From an uncultured Melioribacteraceae bacterium (lineage in GTDB: Bacteria; Bacteroidota; Ignavibacteria; Ignavibacteriales; Melioribacteraceae), in contig CAZXDS010000002.1 in assembly GCA_964639525.1 (NCBI GenBank), positions 1 through 43,545 on the forward strand: a DNA stretch of 43,545 nt. Reading direction: 5' to 3'. Positions 32,866 through 43,035 of this stretch are shown in pieces. A model generated the notes under the pieces. It ran no database searches, had not been told where the DNA came from, and saw only the letters and a program-made list of their open reading frames with translations. Position numbers and translations under genes: made by a program. The stretch's first letter is position 1; every line of letters starts with the position of its first letter.

Positions 32866-35700
32866 TTACCTCAGCAGCACCATTTTTTTTGCTTCCGCAA
32901 AATTAACGGTTTTCCCAACAGCTGTTAAGCGGTAAATATATACTCCGCTTGCAAGTTTAGAGGCATTAAAAATAATTTTATGACTGCCGGAGACAGACTG
33001 CTTTTCATTCACAAGTGTCGCAATTTCACGCCCTAAAATATCATATATCTTCAAATGAATTACCGGAATATCGCCACTCTTAAAAACCGGCACAAAATAT
33101 TTTATTGTAGTACTCGGGTTAAACGGGTTCGGGTAATTTTGATTTAATACAAATTTTGTCGGGTTAATTTCCCCTCGTTCTTTTACTGATTTAATAATGA
33201 TACCGTTATAAAAATTCTGAATAAACGCTGCTTTTTCTCTTAACTTGGTTATGCTGTTTAATCTGTCACTTCCTCGTGCCATTAAAATTGCATAAGCTAC
33301 TTCCTGTGTATCCCCGGCTGCAAGCGTAAAAGGGCCGGAAGATTCCATATATCTTTTATCCCCGCGAGTTGGTCCATCGGGCCAACCTGGTCCTTCGTAC
33401 CAACCATTTCCGCTTACAGGATCACCGGCAACCATAAAATGCGTAGTATCATTATTATTTGGAGCCAAAATTGGAGTGCCATAAATAGTAAAGCCTCGCA
33501 TATAGTTATACATCTGTTCTGTCCCCGCATATTCACTTTGATAGGGTGCCCCAAAATTTGGATAGCCAGGGTCCTTAACAAAAGAAATAAAAGAATTTAG
33601 CCCCTTGTTTAAATATCCTTTATGCCAGCCACTATTAAACCATGCAGAATCTTCCATTGTTGCCTGAACTTTTGGACCTTGTACCATCATGTGTCCAACT
33701 GCCGGAGGTTGTGAACCATAAAACCAGTCATCATATTCATCTCCGTTGTAAGTATAACCCAAATTTAACGAAGTATCTACTCCCACGTAATCATCTCCCG
33801 CAAATCCAAGATCGTCATCAGTCCAATATGATAAATACATATCCGTTATCGGGACATCTCCCTTATTTATTATTTTATATTTTTTAAAAACTACATCCTC
33901 TAATCTTTCTTGGTTATATCCCCAAATTGTAGTCTGAAATTCTAATGGAACCGGTGGTGAACCATACACATTAGCAGATAATTCAACATCCGCACTATTG
34001 TTTACATAAAAAAATGCTTCGTCTCCGAGAACATTGTCATCAACTCCGGGTGTATAAATTCCATCATTATCTCTATCAATAACCGGAGCACCTAAGTCAG
34101 CCGGCCAATTATTATAATCATATTTTAGCCTACTTTTTTCTTTCCCTTCGGGAAGGAGTTCCCAATTTTTTTTACTCTTATATATTTTATACTCTGATCT
34201 TTGGGGAATATCCGGCATTCCATTTTCCAATATAATACCGGGGCTAAATCCATGACGATAATTTGAGCCGTTGACTCTAATTTCATCATTATATTTTCCA
34301 CCGAAAAAGAGCCCATCCTCAAAAACAGCAGATATTGTTGCATCTATTCCACCGGGCCAGAAAAAGCCACCGTTGTCGGTTTGCGGGTTATGTGAACCGT
34401 CTCCGTTATTTCCAAACCACATCCTAACATTGTTTACTGCGATTTTATCGTAGGCTTGATATACTATTACAGACAGAGATGAGTCATTTCTATCATAAAC
34501 ATTCGGATTATTTGAATCGGTTATTTTTATATAAACTGAATTTGAGTTTATTTCAGGTACTAACCAAGAATATTGTAATGAATCTGCAGGAAAGTTAGAA
34601 TCTATTTCTGTCCAAGAACCTTCTAAAGCAGTTGAATATGAAATATTAATAGTTGTGCCGGATATATTATATTTATCCCATTTAAGAACTGTAATTTTGT
34701 CGGGCTTAAAAATGTTATAATACGAAGGATTATAATGTAGTGTTAATGTTGAATAATTCCCAATAGAATCTGTTCGTAATAAACTTGAATTTTTTACGTA
34801 CATAAAAAATCCGCCATCATTTGCTTTGTAAATACCTCCGGATATTTTCGGAATTTTCTTCTGCCAAATAATGTTACCTAAGCGATTAATTTCACTTAAT
34901 GTTGTATCTCCTGCCGAGATAATATTATGATTAGGTAAAACATTTGCAAATTGATTAACAAGAGCCGTATTTTCCCAAATAATTTCTGCATTTAAGTTAT
35001 ATCGTGAAATAGGTCCCGATTTACCGGTTAAACAAAATCCATCAAAAAAAGGAAAAATTGAATTTATTTCGGGAGTTTCCTTTTCCCATAAATAAGCTCC
35101 ATGAATATCAAATTTGATTATGCTATTTCCTGTACTAACTAAATACGATAAATCAGATAATCTAATTATTTGCATGTTTACATTGGGACTTATATTAATG
35201 TACCAGTATGTTTTATTCCAAATTACCGTACCATCAAATTCAGTTTTTTGCATGTAGAGTTGATCACCCTCAGCTCCCAATATTAACAGTTTAGAATCTG
35301 CGGTAATAATGATGTCATGAAAATAAAAAATATTTTCATCATCGCCATATGTATAATCGCTAATCGAATTGCCGAGTGAATCATAAACCATTAAACAAAT
35401 ATCGTCATCGTTGTTTGTATAGCCTGTTAAATAATTACCATTTGATAATTTAATTGTTTTATTAATATAATTTTTTGTATTTATTGTTTTTCTCCATTCG
35501 CTAAATCCTTCCGCATTTAATTTTATTAGATTTATATTATGCCATTGGATGCTAGTAATAATACTGCCATTATCATCTGTGGGCAACAATGTTTTGTCAG
35601 AGTAAGAACTCAAAAATTTTAAGAATGTCGTACGTTGAGCTTTTATATTTAGAAATGCTGTAATTATAAACAAAGATAGTAAAACTTTTCCTGCGTTCAT
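32866..35700 (-). CDS. T9SS-secreted multidomain protein (beta-propeller-like repeats, Ig-like domain, conserved unknown module, type-A CTD)
   Basis: 944 aa with a signal peptide. The repeated G..(I/L)W.K motif (SEWRK, VIWNK, YLWEK, IIWEN, IIWQK) suggests a propeller. The C-terminus LNQNYPNPFNPSTTIKY...GVYIYRL...KKMVLLR is a T9SS CTD. SD GGAGAAAGG. Confidence 0.8.
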   Translation of the reverse strand: MNAGKVLLSLFIITAFLNIKAQRTTFLKFLSSYSDKTLLPTDDNGSIITSIQWHNINLIKLNAEGFSEWRKTINTKNYINKTIKLSNGNYLTGYTNNDDDICLMVYDSLGNSISDYTYGDDENIFYFHDIIITADSKLLILGAEGDQLYMQKTEFDGTVIWNKTYWYINISPNVNMQIIRLSDLSYLVSTGNSIIKFDIHGAYLWEKETPEINSIFPFFDGFCLTGKSGPISRYNLNAEIIWENTALVNQFANVLPNHNIISAGDTTLSEINRLGNIIWQKKIPKISGGIYKANDGGFFMYVKNSSLLRTDSIGNYSTLTLHYNPSYYNIFKPDKITVLKWDKYNISGTTINISYSTALEGSWTEIDSNFPADSLQYSWLVPEINSNSVYIKITDSNNPNVYDRNDSSLSVIVYQAYDKIAVNNVRMWFGNNGDGSHNPQTDNGGFFWPGGIDATISAVFEDGLFFGGKYNDEIRVNGSNYRHGFSPGIILENGMPDIPQRSEYKIYKSKKNWELLPEGKEKSRLKYDYNNWPADLGAPVIDRDNDGIYTPGVDDNVLGDEAFFYVNNSADVELSANVYGSPPVPLEFQTTIWGYNQERLEDVVFKKYKIINKGDVPITDMYLSYWTDDDLGFAGDDYVGVDTSLNLGYTYNGDEYDDWFYGSQPPAVGHMMVQGPKVQATMEDSAWFNSGWHKGYLNKGLNSFISFVKDPGYPNFGAPYQSEYAGTEQMYNYMRGFTIYGTPILAPNNNDTTHFMVAGDPVSGNGWYEGPGWPDGPTRGDKRYMESSGPFTLAAGDTQEVAYAILMARGSDRLNSITKLREKAAFIQNFYNGIIIKSVKERGEINPTKFVLNQNYPNPFNPSTTIKYFVPVFKSGDIPVIHLKIYDILGREIATLVNEKQSVSGSHKIIFNASKLASGVYIYRLTAVGKTVNFAEAKKMVLLR

Positions 35701-35774
35701 CCTTTCTCCTTCAAAATTAAGTTACTATAAATTTAATCTATTCAAATACTAAAGCATTTTCAAACCAACAAATT

Positions 35775-37436
35775 TTAACGCAGTAAAATCATTTTTTTCG
35801 AAACTTCAAAACGTCCGGCTTCAATTCTGTATATGTAAATTCCGCTTGCGAGATTGCTTGCATTAAAATTAACCGAATACTTTCCAATAGGTTTCTCTTC
35901 ATTTACTAAAACAGCTACGGTTTCACCAATTATATTATAAACTTTGATAGTAACAAATTCATTTTCCGGCAGTGTATAATTAATTGTTGTAGTAGGATTA
36001 AACGGATTGGGATAATTTTGAGATATTGAATAATCTGTAGGAGTTTCATCAATCGGGATGCCCTTATCCGGTTTATAAGCATTATAAAATATTTTTAGCT
36101 TTGGTATTTCTTTTTTGAGTTCGGCAACACTTTGAAGTGCACTTAAGCCTTGTGCAACAATAATTGCAAATTCAACTTCTTGTGTATCGCCGGGAGCAAA
36201 ATTAAAAGGACCTGAGGATAACATCATTCTAACATTTCCAGGCGGTTGTCTTAAAAGTGAATCATTAATTCCTTCAAACCAGCCGGTACTATCAACAGGA
36301 TCTCCGGAAAACATATATTTTGTGGTATCGCCTGAAACAGGGTTTACAATTTTATCTCCATTTTTCTCCAAACCCTGAAAATAATTGTAAAAATGCTGCG
36401 GAGTTACAGAATCAGGAGACTGATTAAAAAAATCACTGCTGGGCAAGAGAAAACTAAAGGAGGTCATTCTTAACATTTCTGATTGTGCGGATTCCGGATT
36501 TGATTTAGGACCTTTTAGCATAACGTATCCCACAGCAGGCGGAGCGCCGACAAAAGCATCATCATCAGATGCATTAAAACAATATCCCAAATTTAATACT
36601 GAATCGCATCCTGCATAATCATTACCTGAATAGCCCAAATCCGGGTCCGACCAATAACCCAAATACATATTTTTTACTGTGTGCTGTCCCTTATTAATAA
36701 GTTTATATTTTTTAAAAATTACATTTTTCAAAAAGTCAGGTCTATCAAAACCGTATGTTGTTACTTGCATTTCAATCCCAATAGGTTCAACAAAAATAGC
36801 CCTTGAAAACTCACCATCAGATTTCCAGAAAATAGAAAGAGAGGAATCCAAATCATTTGCAACAAACCACAAAGTTTCATCACCGATGTAGCGGGGAGTA
36901 TCAACTCCGCGTGTAAAAATTCCATCACCGTTTAAGTCATTCCAAGGTGCTCCGTCTTCAACCGGCCATTCATTGTAATCTTTTTCATATAAATCCCGTT
37001 TGGGACCAGGAGGTAAAGTTTTCCAATACTTAAAAATTTTAAATACTCTGTATTTGTCCAAATCAGGATTATCGGCATTTCCACTGTTTAATATTTTACC
37101 GGACTGCATACCTGTTCGATATCTGCTGCCATTTGCACGAACCTCCGAATCAACAATTCCACCCCAGTTTAGTCCGTCTGTAAAAATTATGCTGCTTTTT
37201 TCAGATAATGAAGTTTCGCTATTTGACCATAAAAATCCGGAATTACCTGTACGAGGATCAATACTGCCCAAACCATTATTTTCCAACCACATATAACATT
37301 GGTTTATATCAATGAAATTGTAATTATTAATTGTGGAAATTTTATTTTGAGTGTTTTTTTGCGGGAATTTTCCGCCGATAAAAAGGAGAAATAAAATAGA
37401 GGTTAAACTAATAACACTATTCGTATTGTTTTTCAT
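35775..37436 (-). CDS. T9SS-secreted protein, paralog of the C-terminal 530 aa of the downstream 944-aa protein
   Basis: 553 aa with a signal peptide. It shares blocks with 32866..35700: (M)W..NNG.GS..P.T.N.GF.W, R.NGS.YR.G, Y..W.(T/L)LP.G, NDGI(Y/F)T.GVD, IFKKYK(I/L)INKG, PPAVG, SSGPF..A.GDTQEV. The CTD is SQNYPNPFNPTTTINY...GIYIYRI...KKMILLR. Confidence 0.8.
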   Translation of the reverse strand: MKNNTNSVISLTSILFLLFIGGKFPQKNTQNKISTINNYNFIDINQCYMWLENNGLGSIDPRTGNSGFLWSNSETSLSEKSSIIFTDGLNWGGIVDSEVRANGSRYRTGMQSGKILNSGNADNPDLDKYRVFKIFKYWKTLPPGPKRDLYEKDYNEWPVEDGAPWNDLNGDGIFTRGVDTPRYIGDETLWFVANDLDSSLSIFWKSDGEFSRAIFVEPIGIEMQVTTYGFDRPDFLKNVIFKKYKLINKGQHTVKNMYLGYWSDPDLGYSGNDYAGCDSVLNLGYCFNASDDDAFVGAPPAVGYVMLKGPKSNPESAQSEMLRMTSFSFLLPSSDFFNQSPDSVTPQHFYNYFQGLEKNGDKIVNPVSGDTTKYMFSGDPVDSTGWFEGINDSLLRQPPGNVRMMLSSGPFNFAPGDTQEVEFAIIVAQGLSALQSVAELKKEIPKLKIFYNAYKPDKGIPIDETPTDYSISQNYPNPFNPTTTINYTLPENEFVTIKVYNIIGETVAVLVNEEKPIGKYSVNFNASNLASGIYIYRIEAGRFEVSKKMILLR

Positions 37437-37534
37437 TTCAAATACTCCCTATCTATTAACAATAATTTACAAATATTTAATAAATAAAGCTTGCAGAAAA
37501 CATAGTTTATTTAAGAAAATTAAACTTTCTGCTT

Positions 37535-38410
37535 CTATTTCGTCAGCTTTTCCTGAAGCATTTTGTAAATATCTTTTTCGGGCATTTGCTCACCTGTCCA
37601 AAGTTCAAAAGATTTTGCACCCTGGCGCACAAACATTTGCAATCCGTTTATAGTAACAGCACCTTTGGATTTTGCAAGATTCAAAAATTTAGTTTCTATC
37701 GGATTATATATTAAATCAAAAATTAATTGATCTTTATGAAACGAATCTGCTATGGTGGTAGGAGCATCATCTTCGTCCGGCAGCATTCCGATTGAAGTAG
37801 CATTCACAATTAAATCTGAAGTATTAAGAAGTTCAACAATATCGGGAGGAATAAGTTCAAAAGCTTCAATCTGTTCAAAAAGCATTTTAGCTGCAAAATA
37901 TTCATGCAGTGATTCAGCTTTCTCTTCGGTGCGATTTATAATGTTTATTTTTTTTGGTTTGAAGTTCCTAATTAATGAATAAATAGTGGCTCGTGCAGCC
38001 CCGCCGGCACCAATAACCGATACAATGCTGTTTTCAAGCATTTTTTTGTGAGGCTCTAACACTGAATAAATTCCGTCAACGTCTGTATTAAATCCTTTAA
38101 GAGTGCCGTTCTCGTTTACAATTGTATTTACAGCTCCAATTACATTTGCTTCTTCGGAATTTTCGTTGAGGAAGTCCATTATTTTTTCTTTGTACGGAAG
38201 TGTAACATTAAAGCCTTTAATCCCTAATGCTACCATACCTTTCAAAGCATCTTCCAAATTTGAAGCAAGAATATCAAATGGAAGATAAATGTAATCAAGT
38301 TTTCCCAGCCCAAAAGAGTTGTTGTGCATAAACGGGGAATGTGAGTGTTTAATCGGATGACCAATTACGCCAACTAAAGTTTTATTATTATCAAAATTAT
38401 CTGTAATCAT
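37535..38410 (-). CDS. aroE: Shikimate 5-dehydrogenase
   Basis: 291 aa. Substrate motif VIGHPIKHSHSP, NADP loop VIGAGGAARA, and NATSIGM. Confidence 0.88.
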   Translation of the reverse strand: MITDNFDNNKTLVGVIGHPIKHSHSPFMHNNSFGLGKLDYIYLPFDILASNLEDALKGMVALGIKGFNVTLPYKEKIMDFLNENSEEANVIGAVNTIVNENGTLKGFNTDVDGIYSVLEPHKKMLENSIVSVIGAGGAARATIYSLIRNFKPKKINIINRTEEKAESLHEYFAAKMLFEQIEAFELIPPDIVELLNTSDLIVNATSIGMLPDEDDAPTTIADSFHKDQLIFDLIYNPIETKFLNLAKSKGAVTINGLQMFVRQGAKSFELWTGEQMPEKDIYKMLQEKLTK

Positions 38411-39828
38411 TATTTAGGTTTTGAGGTTTCGTCTATCAGTTTATTAAATAATTTAGATACTTTAACCGCAGGATAATCATTTTCAAATTTCTGTTTTGTA
38501 TTGGGATCAATGTTAAAAGCTAATTTTAATATATTAATTGCTTCTTCAACATTATGAAGTAAAAAATTAACTTTTGCTTTGCCATAATAAGCATTGGCAT
38601 TCCCCGGTTGAATTCTTAAGCAATTATTATATGCAGAAAGTGAATTTTCATATTCGCCAGATTTCCAATATAGTTCTCCGAGGATATTCCAAGCATTAAA
38701 ATCATCCGGTTTTAAGTTGGTAAGAATTTTATATTTATCCGTTGCTGTCTCAAATTCAGTCTCAGAAAATCCAAATTCAAATTCCTTTTCAAAGTGACCG
38801 AGAATAGACATTGCCCTATCAAAATCGCGTAGTGCTTTTTCTGATTGATTCAATTTTTTGTAGCAAAATCCACGCGACAAGAAAGCTTCATAATACTCAT
38901 TATCAACTTCAATTGACATAGTAAAGGCGTCGATTGCTTCGGTAAATTTATTCATTTCTTCAAAAGCAGAGCCAAGGTTGAACCAAGCCGTATCATCTTT
39001 AGGATTATCTTTTACAATTTTTTTAAATGCAGCAATTGCAAGCGGATAGTTCTTCAAACTTAAATGCGAAACACCCAAGTTAAACCAAGCACTCGGAAAA
39101 TCTTCTTGGATTGCCAGTGCAAGTTCGTAACTGTCAATAGCCTTTTCGAACTCACTCATTTCAATTAAACAAACACCGCGGTTGAACCACCCGATATGAT
39201 TATATGGTTCAATTTCAAGATACTTATCATATGCATAAAGAGATTTATCAAACTGTTCAATTGTGTCGTAACATACGCCAAGTTCATACCAGGCTTCGGC
39301 AAATTCTTCGTCTAACTCAATTGCTCTTTCAAAATATTTAACCGCTTTTTCAAATTCACCTTTTTTTTCGCATAATCCACCAAGGCTGTAGTGCGTATCT
39401 TCGTTATTCGGTTCTATCTGTAAAGCTTGTTTAAGTGATTCGTATGCATCATCGAACAAGCCCAAATTTTCTTCAGCAACGGCTTTATTCAGCAAGGTTT
39501 CACTATCGATAGGATTTAATGCCATTGCTTTTTCAAATGAAAAGTAGGCTTCTTCAAATTCAAAATTATTATTAAGAAATATTCCCCTGAATTGCCACAT
39601 TTCGCTATTATAAGAAGTAACGTCAAGAATTGCGTTAACAATCAAAAGCCCGTCTTCAAAAAATCCGTATTCCAGGCAAAGATGAACAGTATCCTCTAAT
39701 ACTTCAAGGTTGCTTATAATCGTTCCGTCTTCTATTATTTCTTTACAAAAATCGACTTTGGTTTTCATTTCCGTGTCGTCTAAAAAAGAATCGGCATCGC
39801 CAAAAAACAAGTCATCTGAATCGTACAT
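38410..39828 (-). CDS. Tetratricopeptide repeat protein
   Basis: 472 aa with about 10 consecutive 34-residue repeats showing the W/Y-N-L-G..Y...G.Y..A...Y..AL..(D/N)P pattern. The stop overlaps the aroE start by 1 nt (TAATG). Confidence 0.8.
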   Translation of the reverse strand: MYDSDDLFFGDADSFLDDTEMKTKVDFCKEIIEDGTIISNLEVLEDTVHLCLEYGFFEDGLLIVNAILDVTSYNSEMWQFRGIFLNNNFEFEEAYFSFEKAMALNPIDSETLLNKAVAEENLGLFDDAYESLKQALQIEPNNEDTHYSLGGLCEKKGEFEKAVKYFERAIELDEEFAEAWYELGVCYDTIEQFDKSLYAYDKYLEIEPYNHIGWFNRGVCLIEMSEFEKAIDSYELALAIQEDFPSAWFNLGVSHLSLKNYPLAIAAFKKIVKDNPKDDTAWFNLGSAFEEMNKFTEAIDAFTMSIEVDNEYYEAFLSRGFCYKKLNQSEKALRDFDRAMSILGHFEKEFEFGFSETEFETATDKYKILTNLKPDDFNAWNILGELYWKSGEYENSLSAYNNCLRIQPGNANAYYGKAKVNFLLHNVEEAINILKLAFNIDPNTKQKFENDYPAVKVSKLFNKLIDETSKPK

Positions 39829-39958
39829 TTAAAATCAATTACTCCAATTGTTGAATGGTTCAAAGGTATTACTATGGCTAAATAAAATCAAGTTGATTTT
39901 GTTATCAATTCTTTTATGTAGCCTAATGTATTTTACAAAATTTAATCTTTTTACAAAT

Positions 39959-42367
39959 CTATAGCAGTTTAAAAAACCGGTAACCAATTCCTAAGACTCT
40001 AATTTTTACTTTATGATTATAAACGGTTATTTTATCGTTTGAAATTAAGTCTTTAATTCTGTTCCCTTTGTAATAGCCGGGCAAACTAATAATTATGTTT
40101 TTTGTTCTCTTGTTCTTATTCAAAACAACAAGAATTCTTTCGTTCAAATCCGAGCGGAGATAAACGAAGAAATTTTTATCTGCAATTAGATTATAATAAT
40201 CTCCGTATCGCAGTGCAGTATGCTTTTTACGAAGGTGAATTATTTTACTCACATCAGCAAGCATACTCTTTTCATATTTGTTTAATTGATTTCCAAAACG
40301 CATCATTCTTCTGTTATCCGGATCGGAATCGCCAGTCATTCCAAATTCACTGCCGTAATAAATAACAGGTACTCCGGGAATACTGTTCATATAAGCAAGG
40401 TAAAGTTTTGCTTTTTTGTAGCTTGACGGATGATCAACTTTCGGCGGATTGTTCCAGCCTTCTTCAATTGCACTCCACTGACTCAAATCCAAATCACCAT
40501 CAGCGTATGCCATAAATCGATTTTTATCGTGGCTGTCCATTATATTTCCCATCAAATTTAATGAGCCGTAAATATTAAGTGATTTCTCAATTTCATTGTT
40601 CAAATTTTCAAAAGAGTAATTTTTTTCAATAAAAGCTGCTTGTGCAATATTATAAAGATTAAAATTAAATTGTGAGTTCAATTGACCATTATTTACGTAG
40701 GAACTAACGAGATTGTAGTCGCCAAAAGTCTCGCCAATTTGATAAACTTTTACGTTTTGCGGTATTTCAATTCTACGACGAAGTTTAAGCGTAAGTTCTC
40801 GCCAAAAAATATTAGGTACGTGTTTTACAGCATCGTGTCTGAACCCGTCTGCTCCCGTAGTTTTAAGCCACCATATTGCATTTTCCGAAATTGAATCGCG
40901 CGCTGTTTTCGATTTTATAAAATTGAACGATGGTAAATACGGCTCAAACCAAGTTGTTAATCGATGATCGTCCCATCGTCTTAAATTTAAAGTTCCGTCC
41001 GGCAAACGCAATTCACCAAACCAATCAGGATGCTCTGAAACATAAGGATGAGTTTTAAATACGTGATGAGAAACAAAATCCAATAATATTTTGATATTAT
41101 GTTTATGGGCTATGCTCACAAGCTTTTTGAGTTTTTTCATTGTTCCAAAATGCTCTTCAACGCGGGTTGGGCTAATTGGCCAGTATCCGTGGTAACCAGT
41201 GAACCAGCGATGCGGTTCAGGTGATTCACGATATGCGGAATCAGGATTATCATAAACAGGTGAAATCCAAATTATATTTACGCCAAGCGAATCGAAGTAG
41301 CCGTCATTCAGTTTATTAAGTACACCCTGAAAATCACCGCCCATATAATTGGCTTTTTTAAAAAGCGAATCTTGTACAATCGGTTTGTCATTTGTTTTAT
41401 CACCGTTATTGAATCTGTCAATCATCAAAGAATAAATAATTCCATCGTTCCAACTGAACTTATCTTTATTACTTACCGACTTACCATCAACAAAAACAAT
41501 ATTCTGAATATTTGAATATTTCCCATCCGCACTTACAGCAGCTCTCAAAAGGTTTCTGCCAATTAAATTTTCTGACTTTAATTCAACTGTAATTTTGCTA
41601 TTATTTATATGGATGTGATTATTTTCAACCTTAAAATTGTTCAACAAAATTATTATATTATTTAAGTTTAATGTTTTAGAGCTATTAGTAGTTTCATAAT
41701 AAAAGGAAACGGAAACTTTCCCTTTTTTATAATTTTCTTTGCCAATGTGAAGGAACTCTTTTGTTGTATCAAGATTTGCTATTTTAATAACCGAATTTAT
41801 TCCGCCCATTCCATTGGGAACCTGTTTGGGATTGGTTGGATCAACAATTTCGTTGCTATCGGCAAATATTTTATATTGATATATTCCGGGTTGAATCGGA
41901 ACTTTCACTTCGTAAACACCGTTACTGTCTTCATCGGTAAATTTCAAGTTTTGGCGATTCCAATTATTAAACTCTCCAAATAAATAAATATTTTTGTATT
42001 CCTTATCCGGCTTATACGTAAATGTATGTGTTGCTATTTTTTTTACACGAACAGGAAAAGCGTATTTATGTTTCCCTGTAGAAAAATCAATTGTTGTAAT
42101 TCCCGAATAATTTTTATCGGCATCTAAAATAAGAAGCTTTTTCTGTTCAAGGTATTTTATTCTAATTACGGAATTTTTTGAAAACGTTAAATTGTAATTA
42201 TCCGAATAAAACATATCACTGATTAGAAGCGTGTCGGAAACACCGGCAGTTAAGTTGACGGTTTTGATAATATCCTTAACTTCGTCTGTTGCTTGTTTCT
42301 CTTGCATGCAGAAATTAAAAAGAATTACGGAAACAATAAGAAATGCAGCGACTAATATTTTTTTCAT
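39959..42367 (-). CDS. GH13 alpha-amylase family enzyme with an N-terminal CBM48/E-set-like domain (neopullulanase/cyclomaltodextrinase-like)
   Basis: 802 aa with a signal/lipoprotein-like N-terminus. CBM48-like GEFNNWNRQNLKF...GIYQYKIF...VDPTNP. GH13 regions: I DFVSHH, II GFRHDAVKH, III YQIGETFG, IV IMDSHD. Confidence 0.88.
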   Translation of the reverse strand: MKKILVAAFLIVSVILFNFCMQEKQATDEVKDIIKTVNLTAGVSDTLLISDMFYSDNYNLTFSKNSVIRIKYLEQKKLLILDADKNYSGITTIDFSTGKHKYAFPVRVKKIATHTFTYKPDKEYKNIYLFGEFNNWNRQNLKFTDEDSNGVYEVKVPIQPGIYQYKIFADSNEIVDPTNPKQVPNGMGGINSVIKIANLDTTKEFLHIGKENYKKGKVSVSFYYETTNSSKTLNLNNIIILLNNFKVENNHIHINNSKITVELKSENLIGRNLLRAAVSADGKYSNIQNIVFVDGKSVSNKDKFSWNDGIIYSLMIDRFNNGDKTNDKPIVQDSLFKKANYMGGDFQGVLNKLNDGYFDSLGVNIIWISPVYDNPDSAYRESPEPHRWFTGYHGYWPISPTRVEEHFGTMKKLKKLVSIAHKHNIKILLDFVSHHVFKTHPYVSEHPDWFGELRLPDGTLNLRRWDDHRLTTWFEPYLPSFNFIKSKTARDSISENAIWWLKTTGADGFRHDAVKHVPNIFWRELTLKLRRRIEIPQNVKVYQIGETFGDYNLVSSYVNNGQLNSQFNFNLYNIAQAAFIEKNYSFENLNNEIEKSLNIYGSLNLMGNIMDSHDKNRFMAYADGDLDLSQWSAIEEGWNNPPKVDHPSSYKKAKLYLAYMNSIPGVPVIYYGSEFGMTGDSDPDNRRMMRFGNQLNKYEKSMLADVSKIIHLRKKHTALRYGDYYNLIADKNFFVYLRSDLNERILVVLNKNKRTKNIIISLPGYYKGNRIKDLISNDKITVYNHKVKIRVLGIGYRFFKLL

Positions 42368-42392
42368 ATTAAAATCGTTTATTTGTGAATAT

Positions 42393-42986
42393 TTAATTTG
42401 TCTTTTTTAATGAATAAAGAATAGAGTTTTGAACATCGTAAACATTGCCGGGAATCAACTTCCCATTCAAACCCGCTTCCGTAATATAAGCGTTTAACTC
42501 GTAAAAATGTTTATTAAATTCAAACAGAACGGTACGCACAGGCAGACTTGAATTATTATAATATTGATAAGCGGCGCATTCCATGTTGTTAATTTTAAAA
42601 AATTCCGGTTTACCTATTGAAATTAACTTACTGTGCAATTCAGTTTTCTTCATTATTTTGCTGAAATTAATAAGTCCGTTGCTCCGAGAATCGGAATTTA
42701 ATTTTGAATCGGTGTTAATTGGCACGATACTGAATAAAGCGTTAAAATCATTTTGGATTAATATGATATCGGAACTACTGTGTGTATTATCAAATGAATA
42801 AAACCAACCTTTGGGAATTAAAACAGTATATGACGAATCTCGCGAAAATGCTTTTTGCGAAGTAAGTGGGAAATCACTTTTGTATATTGATTCATTTACA
42901 GAAGAGCATGAAAATAAAAGGAAAGACAGACATAAAATTTCAATTATTCTAAACACTTTTTCAAAATATACTTTTTCTTGTAACAC
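42393..42986 (-). CDS. Hypothetical lipoprotein
   Basis: 197 aa with lipobox LLFSC-SS. GTG start; an internal GTG giving MFRIIEILCLSFLLFSC is equally plausible. It lies 25 nt upstream of the GH13 gene. Confidence 0.5.
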   Translation of the reverse strand: MLQEKVYFEKVFRIIEILCLSFLLFSCSSVNESIYKSDFPLTSQKAFSRDSSYTVLIPKGWFYSFDNTHSSSDIILIQNDFNALFSIVPINTDSKLNSDSRSNGLINFSKIMKKTELHSKLISIGKPEFFKINNMECAAYQYYNNSSLPVRTVLFEFNKHFYELNAYITEAGLNGKLIPGNVYDVQNSILYSLKKTN

Positions 42987-43035
42987 TATTAATCTGCTTT
43001 GAATAAATAATCCCGTTTATTTTAAATAATTATTG

